A stretch of DNA of 64,000 nt from an uncultured virus (IMG/VR IMGVR_UViG_3300043425_000347). Its lineage: Duplodnaviria; Heunggongvirae; Uroviricota; Caudoviricetes. The stretch lies in the IMG/VR virus record IMGVR_UViG_3300043425_000347; one strand, written 5' to 3'. The notes under the pieces were generated by a model. That model ran no database searches. It was given only the letters and a program-made list of their open reading frames with translations, and was not told where the DNA came from. Below, in pieces: positions 37,085-47,092 of the stretch (position 1 is the first letter of the stretch; each line of letters starts with the position of its first letter). The translations under genes were made by a program, and so were the position numbers.

Positions 37085-40000
37085 TTACGGTTGAATAGTT
37101 GGCTGCCAGTTTGGGGCATCGTCGGTATTGATCTGCGTCCACCCAGAGCCTTGGGAGTTGGTGATATTTTGCCAGTTTGGTGTCTGGTTGTCATCAATTG
37201 GGTTCCAGAGGTATGCGCCAATCAGGCTGTCAGAAGCCCTCGCTCCTTCTGTCGGGAGGGCGGCGTTGTAAATGCTGCCGGGGGCATTCTGAGAATCAAA
37301 CGCCGCAGCCACCGCCGCAGCCACCGCACTGAACACGGATGGTGCAACACTGGACTCATCCAGCGCCGTGGCTGTTTCGATGATCGGGCCATTGAACACA
37401 GCGATGGAAGCTGCGGAATCCTCTGCGGTGGTGGACTCGGATACTGCGGTGGATGCAACGAAAGCTGTGGCCGAAGAATCTGATCCTGAAGCGCTTTCGG
37501 ACAGACTGGATGACCCCGTGTTGGCCCCTTGGGGGGCATCAAAGGCTACGGCGCTTTCCGCCGAAGCTGCGCTGAATATGCTGGCTACGACGGCAGCAGC
37601 GTCTTGCGCAGTGGCGGATTCCGTCACAAAGCCTGTGAACAAGAAAGTGGCCAAGGCAAACTCTGCGGCGGCGGCGGCTTCGGAGACACTCCCAGAAAAA
37701 AGCAGACCCCCAGCAGCCAAATCTGACACAGTGGCACTGTCAGACACCAGTGAGTTTAGGATGGCCCGCGCCACCACTGACTCCTGGCCTTGGGCACTTT
37801 CGGAGATGATGGCCGCAGCGAGAGTCCGCGCTGCACTGACCACATCCGATGCCGTGGCAGCTTCCACGACCTCTGCGTAGAACGCCCTGACGGCGTCAAT
37901 GGCATCGGCAACCGTCACCGACTCGCTAAGCGTGCCGAGCAACACCGCGTTTGTTGCGCCTGTCTCGCTGCCCGTGGCTAATTCGGATATGGTGGGGTTG
38001 AACGTGCCAAGGCTTGACTCACTGCTGTTAGCGGAGGCGCTTTCAATGATGAACACTGCAATCGGCCCACCGCCACCAGCTTCAAAGTACCAGCCAAGAG
38101 AGCCGTTGTTTGTTGAGTTGTTACCTGCATACCAAGTGGCGTCAAGGCTGTAAGCGCGAACACCTGTGATGGTGAGGTAGTCAATCGCTGGCTGCGCAGC
38201 TTGTCCTGTTCCGGTGTAGACCAGCGTTGCAGGGCTGGATGCGGAAGTTCCCTGAACCGTCAGAACCCGACCAGCTTCGCCTGATGCCGTGAAGTTGCCC
38301 ACCCTTTGGGTTGTTGTGCCCATTGCAATCGTGGTGGCCCCAGTGGCTTTGTAGCTGTTGGTGATGTTGGCAAAGGTGTTGTTGCCTGTGATCGTCAGCG
38401 TACCTGCGCCTCCTTGGTCAAGCGTGATGCCGGAGTAGGAGATGTCACCACCAGCAAAAGTCTTGGCTGACGCAGATGTGAGGCTGATCGTGCCTGTGCC
38501 TGTGACTGTGAGGTTAGTGGAAGTTTGCGCGGCCCATGCGGTAGTCCCTGTTCCAGTGCTAGTCCAAGTCCCTGAACCTATTGCCAAAGTTCTGACATTG
38601 GTCCCCGTGGCACTAAGACCAAGCCCAAGAGTGGCGTTGTACCCTGCCGCATTAAATGTCCCTGAACTTAGTGTAAGTGTACGACTGGTTGCAAAAGCAT
38701 CTTGTAGTGTCACAGAGCCGCTTGGAGTGGCGATTGTGAAATCTTGAGTAAACGTCCTCCCAGCACTCGTAATCGTCTGACTGCCGCGCCCTGCAAACGT
38801 CAACGTGCCTGTACCCGTCAGCGTAGTGCCTGTACCGTTGATCCAGTTGCCGTAGATTGCAGGAGTTTGAGTACCTACGGCCAGCGTCATTGTGTTGCTG
38901 GTACGGGCACTCATGTCGATTGTGCCGATGTTGTAGTTGGCGTTTAAACTAAGAGTTCCGCCTGCTGTGGGGACCGTAGAAGTTACAACAACCGTGTCTT
39001 GTGCCAAGGGAAAAGCCGTAGTCGTTTGTGCGCCGCCTTGTGTAGTGGACCAGATTCCAGAACCCCAGTTTGCGCTTGAAAAAGAGCCTGTTGGATACAC
39101 CGTCTTAGGCGCATCAAACGTAATCCCGCTGTTACCTTTGCAGTCACCCAAGCGAGTACCAGACACAGGAGCGGCAGCACCAGCAATGGTGATGTCACGG
39201 AAGTCGATGTCTGTTAGGGATGCAACAGCAGCACAGGTCAGTGTGCGTGTTGTGCCGAGGGAGTTGGACTGCACGAACGTCCGCACCGTTGCATCGGCCC
39301 CTGCGGAGAGCGTCAAAGTACCTGTGATTGTTTGGTCAGCCCCAAATGATACGACTCTAATACTCGAAGTAGTAAAAGCAGAAAATGATAAATTGCTGAA
39401 TGTGTTGACCCCAAGAATTGATATCGTGGATGTGGTATTGGCCGTAAAACTGACATTATAAAATGTTTGCCCACTACCTCCGCTAATTGACGGGCCTCCA
39501 CCAGATAAAACAATACTGGAAGTTCCAGTATTAAATGTTAAATTTGTTGAGTTTGTGAAAATTATGGCCGAGCCTGCGGAAGTAAAAGTTACCGTGCTAC
39601 TCCCAAAATTAATCGTGCGGTCATTTGTGTTTGACGACGATAATTGCAAAAGTGTCAGATTGTAATTGCCCGTATCAAATGTTCCATTGGTGACAAGAAA
39701 ACTCGCTGTTGCACCGAAATCTGCGGCACTACCTAAACTCCACCCGCAATTAACACCGTTCACCGTGATGTCGGAAGAAAGAGCAACGCCGTTTGTTGTC
39801 AGCGTCCTGCCAGTTGCCGAACCAGACAGCGTAATTGCACCTGTGTACGTCCGAGTTAGCCCCGTAGCTGGAAGCGTCACGTTGCCGTGAACGCCGACAA
39901 TCGCAGTTGAGCCAGCCAGCGTCACGTTGCCAGAAGCAGGGCCAGCAATAGTCAGTGCTTTGCAACGGATGCCGCCTGTAACAGCGTTCACTGTGGCTGT

Positions 40001-43000
40001 GTAGGCTGTTGCGTTGCTGCCAGAATCAAACACCACATCGTCATGGCTGCGGGGCACAGAAGCGCCGCTACCTGTGCCAGACGTTGTAGACCATCGTGCC
40101 GTGTCAGACCAGTTGCCCGAGCCGCCCACCCAGTAGCGTGTGCTGTCTGCGGGTTTGGCTGTCAGGTACAACGGAGCAGTAGCACCGGTAGCTGTGCTGT
40201 TGGCTCCAGCGTAGAACTCACCGGGACTTGTTGCGCTGACTGTGGTTGTACCAAGGGCAAGGTAATCAACACCCGACACTGCGGCGCCAGCAATCGTCAG
40301 CGCGGCTGTGCCAGTAACCGTGACCACGTTACCTGCTGTGCCTGTGACTGTCCAAGCGCCAAAGGTTTGCGTGGTTGTGCCGAGAGCAATGGTATGGGCT
40401 ACGGTTTTGGTCGAGGCAAGTTCGGTGAACTGGTTGTTGCCACTGATGGTCAGGGTTGATGTTCCGGTTGCGCCGCCAATGGTGAGGCGGTTATACGACA
40501 TACTTCCACCAATAAACGAGCGACCAGTTGTGGTGGTATTAGATAAAACAATGTTGGCAGTGCCTTTATTAAAGTTACTTATTCCAGATGACGACAGGTT
40601 CCAAACAGTGCCGGTTCCAGCAAGAGTCCATGTACCAGCGCCCATCTTTAGCGTTGTAAATTGCTGCCCTGTAAATGTTCCAGTTGTCACGTTGTAGGTG
40701 ACAGCATCAAACGTACCGCTGGTCAGGGTCAGGGTTCGGTTAGAGCCAACCGTCAAAGCATCTGCAAGTTGAACAGTACCTGTGGCGCAGGCAATGGTGA
40801 CGGGGCAACCAAAAGTTACACCGTTGCTGGTAATGGTTTGAGTGCCTCGCCCACTAAATGTAAGTGTTCCGCTGTTGTCAAATACGGTTAGCCCTGTTCC
40901 TAATAGCCAGTTACCATACACCACCCCAAGCGCCGAACCACTGGTGTTAAACGTCATTGCGCTTGTACGGGCAGAAGCGTTAAAAGTACCAATGTTCCAC
41001 GCCTGATCTATTGAGATGAGGCCCGTCACGCTGCCTGTGTTGTCAAACACAGCCGTGTCCTGCGCCAATGGGAAGTTATTCAAAGCAGGCGTTCCACCCG
41101 ACCCCGGTGCCCAAGCCGTAGCACTCCAGTTTTGAGTGCCAGCCAAGTTCCAGTACACGGTCTTGGGTGCAGGGAACGTGATGCCTGTGTTGCCACCGCA
41201 GTCTCCTGCGCGTGTGGGCGACGATCCTGCTGCTGCACCTGCAATCGCAATGTCACGGAAGTCGCAGTCCTGTGCAGAAAGGCTGTTGACGGTCAGTGTG
41301 CGGGTTGTGCCAAGGGTGTCAGAGCGCAAGAAAATGCGGCGTACTGCTGTGGCTCCGGCAACGGTGAGCGCCCCTGTGATGGTTTGGTCGCCAGAAACAG
41401 ACACTCCTGTCAATCCCGCACTCGAAGGAGCGGTAAAAGATAAGTTCCTGTATGTAGCCACGCTGCTGAGTTGCCTAAGACCGCCAGCACCAGTAAACGA
41501 AACATCGTAGAAAGTTTGAAAAGCCCCCGTAAAAGATACCGTGCTTGCAGAAGAGCAAACAATACTGGATGTTCCGCAGTTGAAAGTTAGATTGACAACA
41601 CCAAAACTTACCGGAGATGTTCCACTCAACGTCACCGTACTTGACCCAAGACTGATCGCCCTGACGTTTGAGTTGCTGGATGACAAAGAGCCAGCAGTGA
41701 CGTTGTAGTTCTGTGTATTGAACGTGCCGTTGGTGACGGTGAGGGTGTTTGATCCAATGTTCAGCGCATCGGCAAGCTGGACTGTGCCGCCGTAGGAGTC
41801 AACGGTGATGCCGCCAGCAAACGTCTTTCCTGCGCTTGTAATAGTCTGGGTGTTGCGGCCTGAGAAAGTTGAAATACTTGCGCCCGTGATGGTGACACCT
41901 GACCCAAGTTTAAAATCACCGTAATAGGTCGATGTTCCAGTATCTAAAGTAATTGCCGCTGTTCTTAAAGACGCATCAATGGTAGACATGGCCATTGGTG
42001 TAGATGATGCCAGTGTCTGAATTGTTGAACCTGCGCTGCTGTTGTCAATTACCGCAATATCTTGAGCCAAAGGAAAATTGTCTGTGTTGGGTGTTCCGCC
42101 AGACGTAGAGGCCCAAGCATTGGCTGTCCAAGCGTTTGTTCCGGCCAAGTTCCAATACACCGTCTTGGGCGTACTGAACGTGATGCCACGACAGCCGCGC
42201 AAGTCACCAATGCGAGTGCCAGAGATCGGAGCAGCAGTGCCGATGACGTAGATGTCACGGAAGTCAGCATCAGTCAGGCTTGGTGCGCTGTTGATGGTGA
42301 GGGTTTGGGCAATTCCGTAGGTTGCTCCAGAAAACCAAAGCCTTCGGTTACCTGCTGTGCCAGATGTTGAAAGAGTACCGTTAATGGTTTGGCGAGCAGC
42401 AAAAGTAGTTTGAACCACTGCCGCCACTGACGGACCAACAAACGCAAGATTATTAAATATATTTACACCTGTAATACTATTTCCCGGAAGCTGGCTTGTA
42501 GTCCTGATTCCGGTAAAAGCTACGTTATAAAAAGTTATAGGGCTACCTGTTGTTGGGCCGGACAATGTAGCGGTTGTAACAGATGTAAAATTTATTTGCG
42601 AAGTGCCAGCATTAAATGTTAGTCCGGTTGAATCTGATATGTTTAATATAGCCGCACCAGCAGCAGTCAAAGTTATTGTGCTGCTACCCAGATTGATCGT
42701 CCGTGTGTTGCTGTTGCTGGACGACAGGGATGTGGCAGTGACGTTGAAGTTGTTGGTGGTGAAGGTGCCCTGTGTGACTGTAATCTGCCCAGAAGATGTC
42801 AAAGCATCACCCAAAGTCCATGTTGCAGTAGAAAGTGCAAGAGGCGCAAGGGATACACCACCAACTGTTTTCCCCGCTGTTGTGATTGTGTAACTGCCAC
42901 TTGCGGCGGTAAACTGAAAAGTTCCGGTATGCGTAAATGTGACCCCTGCATTTAACGTCAAAGAACCATCTATGCGGATGTTGCTACTACCAGCAAACGT

Positions 43001-43207
43001 ACCCGTAAAGCCTGTTGTTGTTAAGTTTCTGCAAAATACCACTGCGGTAACAGTAACCGTCACCGCACCAGACGCTGCGTTAAAGAACACATCGTCAGCC
43101 GCAGTAGGTTCGCTTGCGCCGCCAGCGCCGCCAGACGTGGCAGACCACTTGGTGCCCGCAGTGCCGTCCCAGTTTGCTGTACCGCCAACCCAAAATCTGT
43201 CGGCCAT
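37085..43207 (-). CDS. large repetitive tail fibre/adhesin, 2040 aa
   Basis: Thr/Gly/Ser-rich beta-solenoid-like repeats; recurring WVGG..NW / PKTVYW...FPLAQD units; C-terminal W..I...Q...W repeats. Confidence 0.75.
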   Translation of the reverse strand: MADRFWVGGTANWDGTAGTKWSATSGGAGGASEPTAADDVFFNAASGAVTVTVTAVVFCRNLTTTGFTGTFAGSSNIRIDGSLTLNAGVTFTHTGTFQFTAASGSYTITTAGKTVGGVSLAPLALSTATWTLGDALTSSGQITVTQGTFTTNNFNVTATSLSSSNSNTRTINLGSSTITLTAAGAAILNISDSTGLTFNAGTSQINFTSVTTATLSGPTTGSPITFYNVAFTGIRTTSQLPGNSITGVNIFNNLAFVGPSVAAVVQTTFAARQTINGTLSTSGTAGNRRLWFSGATYGIAQTLTINSAPSLTDADFRDIYVIGTAAPISGTRIGDLRGCRGITFSTPKTVYWNLAGTNAWTANAWASTSGGTPNTDNFPLAQDIAVIDNSSAGSTIQTLASSTPMAMSTIDASLRTAAITLDTGTSTYYGDFKLGSGVTITGASISTFSGRNTQTITSAGKTFAGGITVDSYGGTVQLADALNIGSNTLTVTNGTFNTQNYNVTAGSLSSSNSNVRAISLGSSTVTLSGTSPVSFGVVNLTFNCGTSSIVCSSASTVSFTGAFQTFYDVSFTGAGGLRQLSSVATYRNLSFTAPSSAGLTGVSVSGDQTITGALTVAGATAVRRIFLRSDTLGTTRTLTVNSLSAQDCDFRDIAIAGAAAGSSPTRAGDCGGNTGITFPAPKTVYWNLAGTQNWSATAWAPGSGGTPALNNFPLAQDTAVFDNTGSVTGLISIDQAWNIGTFNASARTSAMTFNTSGSALGVVYGNWLLGTGLTVFDNSGTLTFSGRGTQTITSNGVTFGCPVTIACATGTVQLADALTVGSNRTLTLTSGTFDAVTYNVTTGTFTGQQFTTLKMGAGTWTLAGTGTVWNLSSSGISNFNKGTANIVLSNTTTTGRSFIGGSMSYNRLTIGGATGTSTLTISGNNQFTELASTKTVAHTIALGTTTQTFGAWTVTGTAGNVVTVTGTAALTIAGAAVSGVDYLALGTTTVSATSPGEFYAGANSTATGATAPLYLTAKPADSTRYWVGGSGNWSDTARWSTTSGTGSGASVPRSHDDVVFDSGSNATAYTATVNAVTGGIRCKALTIAGPASGNVTLAGSTAIVGVHGNVTLPATGLTRTYTGAITLSGSATGRTLTTNGVALSSDITVNGVNCGWSLGSAADFGATASFLVTNGTFDTGNYNLTLLQLSSSNTNDRTINFGSSTVTFTSAGSAIIFTNSTNLTFNTGTSSIVLSGGGPSISGGSGQTFYNVSFTANTTSTISILGVNTFSNLSFSAFTTSSIRVVSFGADQTITGTLTLSAGADATVRTFVQSNSLGTTRTLTCAAVASLTDIDFRDITIAGAAAPVSGTRLGDCKGNSGITFDAPKTVYPTGSFSSANWGSGIWSTTQGGAQTTTAFPLAQDTVVVTSTVPTAGGTLSLNANYNIGTIDMSARTSNTMTLAVGTQTPAIYGNWINGTGTTLTGTGTLTFAGRGSQTITSAGRTFTQDFTIATPSGSVTLQDAFATSRTLTLSSGTFNAAGYNATLGLGLSATGTNVRTLAIGSGTWTSTGTGTTAWAAQTSTNLTVTGTGTISLTSASAKTFAGGDISYSGITLDQGGAGTLTITGNNTFANITNSYKATGATTIAMGTTTQRVGNFTASGEAGRVLTVQGTSASSPATLVYTGTGQAAQPAIDYLTITGVRAYSLDATWYAGNNSTNNGSLGWYFEAGGGGPIAVFIIESASANSSESSLGTFNPTISELATGSETGATNAVLLGTLSESVTVADAIDAVRAFYAEVVEAATASDVVSAARTLAAAIISESAQGQESVVARAILNSLVSDSATVSDLAAGGLLFSGSVSEAAAAAEFALATFLFTGFVTESATAQDAAAVVASIFSAASAESAVAFDAPQGANTGSSSLSESASGSDSSATAFVASTAVSESTTAEDSAASIAVFNGPIIETATALDESSVAPSVFSAVAAAVAAAFDSQNAPGSIYNAALPTEGARASDSLIGAYLWNPIDDNQTPNWQNITNSQGSGWTQINTDDAPNWQPTIQP

Positions 43208-43209
43208 GC

Positions 43210-43398
43210 TTACTCCTCGGCAGGAGTTTCTGGGGCTTCTTCAACGGGAGGCGCTGTAACGATGGCGATCCAGTTGTCCACGCGCTGCTGCTTCATGGCT
43301 TGGATTTCGTCATCGGTGAAAGTGTGGTCGTCCGGCAGATGCAAAGCATCGCGGAACATGCCGTGGGGGGTGTCAAATTCAAAGTCGATTTTCATGCT
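43210..43398 (-). CDS. small protein (fibre chaperone-like; DAL.LPDD...MKQQR.DNW)
   Basis: GGAG RBS; directly upstream of the adhesin; exact start uncertain. Confidence 0.55.
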   Translation of the reverse strand, partial: SMKIDFEFDTPHGMFRDALHLPDDHTFTDDEIQAMKQQRVDNWIAIVTAPPVEEAPETPAEE

Positions 43399-43405
43399 CA
43401 TCTCC

Positions 43406-43432
43406 AAACGAAAACACCCGCCGTAGCGGGTG
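43406..43432 (-). terminator. intrinsic terminator CACCCGC-TACG-GCGGGTG-TTTTCGTTT
   Basis: 7-bp stem, UACG loop, U-tract on the - strand. Confidence 0.6.
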
Positions 43433-43459
43433 CTGCACCAAACTCAAGGTGTCACCCGA

Positions 43460-44032
43460 TCAAGCTGCGTCGAGGCTGAAAGTGTAGGTCACGTTGAGCG
43501 TGTCGCCACTCACCACTACGCGGTCACCAGGGGACTGGAAATCCGAAGCCGAGAACAAAATTCCTGACGTACCTGTTGCCACGCTTGCCAAGAACGCTCC
43601 AGCTACAGTGCCGCCAGCGCCAGTGATGCCAAACGAGGCAGGAGATGCGCTGTTGTCGATCACCGATGGGTCAGCCGTGGTGGCCGTTCCGAACACAGCC
43701 GTCTTGCGGTTGCCGGAGTAGTTGGTGAACTCTGTCCATGCCTTGGAGGCAAGCGTGTCTGTGGCGGCGATTGTGGTGCCGGAGCCGGGACCGGTAATCA
43801 GGCCAAGATACCAAGTGGTAATCTGTGTACCTGCGTCAAGGTACGTGGCAACCATGTCTTGCAGGCCTTGGTTCACGACCAAGTTGTGCATCTCTTCTTC
43901 CCACTTGACTTGGCCGTCAGCGCCAACACACTGAACCTTGTACACGCCGCCAGCGCGGGCGCGGACTTCAGGGCGATTGCCGCACACCATACCCGCTGTA
44001 ACGGTGTCGGTAGATTTTGCAAGGTTGTTCAT
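43460..44032 (-). CDS. virion/tail protein (NLVVNQG...WYLGL...GDTLNVTY)
   Basis: Motifs typical of phage tail-associated proteins. Confidence 0.65.
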   Translation of the reverse strand: MNNLAKSTDTVTAGMVCGNRPEVRARAGGVYKVQCVGADGQVKWEEEMHNLVVNQGLQDMVATYLDAGTQITTWYLGLITGPGSGTTIAATDTLASKAWTEFTNYSGNRKTAVFGTATTADPSVIDNSASPASFGITGAGGTVAGAFLASVATGTSGILFSASDFQSPGDRVVVSGDTLNVTYTFSLDAA

Positions 44033-44041
44033 GGTGGTTCC

Positions 44042-44449
44042 TTATGAAAAGCGGATGAGCGCCGAGGTGGCGGTGTTGGCAGGGGTCTGCACGGTGAAAG
44101 TGGTTATTGCGGTTTTATCCGAACCAAAGTCCAACACTGCCACAGCAAGGTTGCCAAGGTCTGTATTGTAGATGAGGGCCCCGCGTGTTGTAAACGTCGC
44201 CGGGTCCCATGTAACGTCATCGAAATCAAGATACGCCGTTGTGCCTGACGCCTGTACAGTCACGCCAGTTAACACTTGGCCACCCGCCGTGTACCCGGTG
44301 CCGACAACCTCGTTCGCCGTGGTGTAGACCAGCGTGTCAGCACCAAGATCGGCATTGGCAGTGTAAAGCGCCATCTTGAGCGTGCCCGTGGCAATAGCCT
44401 GCAAAGCAACGAGCTTGGCCTGTGTTGTGAGTGTTTGGTCGAACGCCAT
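44042..44449 (-). CDS. virion/tail protein (KMALYT...GYTAGG...GALIYN...VLDFG.DK)
   Basis: Motif pattern and position. Confidence 0.65.
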   Translation of the reverse strand: MAFDQTLTTQAKLVALQAIATGTLKMALYTANADLGADTLVYTTANEVVGTGYTAGGQVLTGVTVQASGTTAYLDFDDVTWDPATFTTRGALIYNTDLGNLAVAVLDFGSDKTAITTFTVQTPANTATSALIRFS

Positions 44450-44450
44450 A

Positions 44451-45107
44451 TCAAGTCACCGCCTGTCGGTACTGCCCGGAACGGTAAGCGTCTTGCCGCT
44501 CCATACCGTCACCCAGACGTTTGGCCAGCGCAAGTGCCTCTTTGTACTTGCCGTCATACAGCGCCACCATATCGGCTTCGCCCTTCATGAATGTGATGGC
44601 CTCAACCAAAGAGCCGTACAGCAGCACGGAATCAAAGTTGTCGCCCAACCATGTCTGCCCTGCGGTCACGATGGACTGGGGGTAGTAATAGTAGTGCAGC
44701 TCAATCCCGTATACGTTGTTGGGTGTAGGGCCGAGGATGAAGGTCAGCTCTTTGGAATCCGCAGATTGGGGGCCAAAAATGGCGTAGTACTTCGGGGTTC
44801 CGGTGGACGTAGGGTTGGGGTACGCCTGCCGAATGAAGTTGACATCTTTGTTCAGCAAGTACTCGTAGTTGCCCAAGGCATCAATCACGGCCATCGAGTA
44901 CACCGCCAAAAAGTCAGCAGGGCACGACAGATACTTGTTTCCCGACGACGTAGAGCCTGTGACGTTGCTGCGCAGAGATGGGAACTGCACCGTGTTGTAA
45001 ATGCGCTGCTCGGCCTGCTCCACGAACACCGGGATGTTCGCAACAAAGTCCTGCTCAAAGTTCTGCGTGTAGTCGCAGATCGCTGCTTGCAGCTCGGTGT
45101 AGTTCAT
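44451..45107 (-). CDS. head-tail adaptor / tail tubular-like protein
   Basis: MNYTEL...AEQRI...G.PKYYA...LLYGSLVEA. Confidence 0.65.
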   Translation of the reverse strand: MNYTELQAAICDYTQNFEQDFVANIPVFVEQAEQRIYNTVQFPSLRSNVTGSTSSGNKYLSCPADFLAVYSMAVIDALGNYEYLLNKDVNFIRQAYPNPTSTGTPKYYAIFGPQSADSKELTFILGPTPNNVYGIELHYYYYPQSIVTAGQTWLGDNFDSVLLYGSLVEAITFMKGEADMVALYDGKYKEALALAKRLGDGMERQDAYRSGQYRQAVT

Positions 45108-45114
45108 GTTCGTG

Positions 45115-45318
45115 TCAGGCCATCGGGCCGCGAGCCATCACGCCTTTTGTCGCCGCGCCAGTGCCACGAATTTTGATGCCCGAGGTCTTGGTTGGCTTGT
45201 ACTCATTGCTGTGGTTGTTGGCCACGGACACGTTGGTGTCCTGCATGTGCTTCACGGCGCTGACTTTGGGCAGCACCGCCTGTTTGGGAGCGGACTTGAT
45301 TTTGGAGGACGTGGCCAT
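45115..45318 (-). CDS. small basic virion protein (IRGTGAATKG)
   Basis: AAGGAG RBS. Confidence 0.55.
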   Translation of the reverse strand: MATSSKIKSAPKQAVLPKVSAVKHMQDTNVSVANNHSNEYKPTKTSGIKIRGTGAATKGVMARGPMA

Positions 45319-45319
45319 C

Positions 45320-45484
45320 TCAGGCTCCTTTGCGACCGGGCGATTTCTGGTTGGCGATCTTGGCCAAGTTACGCCCCATCTTCAGCATGTCGCTGTTGGT
45401 CTTGCCGCCAGCACGCAGCTTGGTAGGCTTTTGACCGGGGTGCATGTTAGCCTCGTGTTTGCGAACTGCTTTCTTTGCGTCCAT
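45320..45484 (-). CDS. small basic virion protein (KHEANMHPG...KLRAGG...GRNLAK)
   Basis: 54-aa ORF read by hand, GGAG RBS. Confidence 0.55.
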   Translation of the reverse strand: MDAKKAVRKHEANMHPGQKPTKLRAGGKTNSDMLKMGRNLAKIANQKSPGRKGA

Positions 45485-45499
45485 GATGGGCTCCAAAAA

Positions 45500-46162
45500 T
45501 TAAGTGGTGTACAGGTACGGCGCATACGCAGCCGGGTTTGCAAGGATGTACGGATTGAGCGTACCCTCAATATACAGGATGGCTGCGGGGTTAGTCAATG
45601 TGCCATTGCTCCACTGAAAGTACACACTGGCGTCGCCTGCGGTAACTGTGCCGCTGTTGTTGATGTCCCCAAGACTGCGACCGTCAATGGTTGTCAGCAC
45701 AAACGCAGTAAGGCCCGGATTTCGACCAGCCGAGCCTTGCAAAATACCCTGCGTCACGGCGGTGTAGTTGACCTGAAACGGGGCAACTGTTACTTGGCCG
45801 ACCTCGCAAAGCGCCACCAAGGTGTTGGGGGTCAGGCCGTCGTCGTACGCCCGGGACCCGCCAACCGGATTCCAGCCCCACTGAATGTCCCGGCTGCCGC
45901 CTGTCGGAAAGCCTGCCACGTTGGGTCCGGCAGTGACGTATGTGGTGTCCCGGCGTGGGTTGCGCACCGCTTGCGGGTCGTCCACCGGGTACATGCCCAA
46001 CTGCAACTGCGGCTGATCGGGGTCCCAGCATGAGTCGCAGACCAAGAGGTTGTAGGTCTTGGTCTTGACGATCTCCTTGCGCAGCGCGGTGAGCTTGAAG
46101 CGGAAACCGCATCGGTCGCACTGCGCAATCGAGTTCTTGGCACTGGCGAAGCGATTACCCAT
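45500..46162 (-). CDS. Zn-ribbon virion-associated protein with a dockerin-like C-terminal segment
   Basis: CDRCG...VCDSCWDPDQPQ; GDINNSGTVTAGD. Confidence 0.6.
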   Translation of the reverse strand: MGNRFASAKNSIAQCDRCGFRFKLTALRKEIVKTKTYNLLVCDSCWDPDQPQLQLGMYPVDDPQAVRNPRRDTTYVTAGPNVAGFPTGGSRDIQWGWNPVGGSRAYDDGLTPNTLVALCEVGQVTVAPFQVNYTAVTQGILQGSAGRNPGLTAFVLTTIDGRSLGDINNSGTVTAGDASVYFQWSNGTLTNPAAILYIEGTLNPYILANPAAYAPYLYTT

Positions 46163-46861
46163 TTAGGTCCCGCCTCCAAGGTATTGGCGGCGAGGCACAA
46201 AGCGCACAGCCGCCTTCTCCCGATCTTCCTCAGACGCCAAGGCCCAAGCCTCGTCGTACTGCTGCTTGAGCACACCGAGGCGCTCAGTGCCGCCGGGCAC
46301 CTTCAGGGCCAGATAGTACGCCAGTCCGGCCACCATGCAGGGGATGAACCGGAACGGCATGTCCATCGTGTTGACGCCGTTGCCAGCGTCTTGGATGCGG
46401 CGCAAGCGCCAGTACACAAACACGTAGGGTTGTGTGTTGTCTGGCACGGGCCAGACGGTGAATCTTGGGGTGTTCAAGCGCTCAATCCAGACCTGAATCG
46501 GGCGGGCTTGCTGCAGCTTGTTGGGGATCGTGGCGTAGGTGGAGACGCTGATCCGGGTGATGGTCAGGTCAGCTTGCGTCGATGCGCTACCTGCGCCAGT
46601 ACGGATCACATGCTCCAGCAGGTCCACGGTGTCCGTTGGGAGTTCGTATGTTGCTTGGCCAGCTACCAGCGGGATAGAACCCTGCTCGTAGGTGAACATG
46701 TTCAGGCCACGGTTGGCCCAGTCAGCAAACATCAGGTTCATTGACCGGCGGGCTGTGCGCAGGTCGTAGCCTGTACGCATCTCCGAGCCCACGCGCTCGA
46801 ACGCTTCCTCAACGATTTCCGTCAGGTCGAGGTTGAACGATGATGTGCCGGAAGTTGTCAT
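46163..46861 (-). CDS. head-tail adaptor (P22 gp4-like position)
   Basis: IVEEAFER...ARRSMNL...WANRG.N...WPVP...PFRF...GLAYYL. Confidence 0.65.
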   Translation of the reverse strand: MTTSGTSSFNLDLTEIVEEAFERVGSEMRTGYDLRTARRSMNLMFADWANRGLNMFTYEQGSIPLVAGQATYELPTDTVDLLEHVIRTGAGSASTQADLTITRISVSTYATIPNKLQQARPIQVWIERLNTPRFTVWPVPDNTQPYVFVYWRLRRIQDAGNGVNTMDMPFRFIPCMVAGLAYYLALKVPGGTERLGVLKQQYDEAWALASEEDREKAAVRFVPRRQYLGGGT

Positions 46862-47091
46862 CTGAAGCTCGCTGTCTTTTTGGCGATGGTCTTGGGCTGG
46901 GCCACAAACTGTTTGCCCGCCGCCTTACCAGCACGCTTGGCTCTTGTGGTGGCCGCATACTCTGCGGGGCTGAGCGATTTTATCGCCTTCTCCGGCAAAT
47001 AACGCTCCCCAGTTTTAGAGGACGGCTTTCCGCTCTTGGTGCGCCATTTCTGGTCGCCCCAGTCTTTGAGGGATTGCTGAGGCGCTTTCAT
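46858..47091 (-). CDS. small basic protein (DUF5872-like)
   Basis: PQQSLKDW...W.TKSGKPS..TGERYLP. Confidence 0.6.
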   Translation of the reverse strand: MKAPQQSLKDWGDQKWRTKSGKPSSKTGERYLPEKAIKSLSPAEYAATTRAKRAGKAAGKQFVAQPKTIAKKTASFR

Positions 47092-47092
47092 G

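Noticed and set aside
35966..43207. Diversity-generating retroelement acting on tail genes
   Set aside because: No reverse transcriptase ORF was found, and no template/variable repeat pair differing only at adenines was seen.
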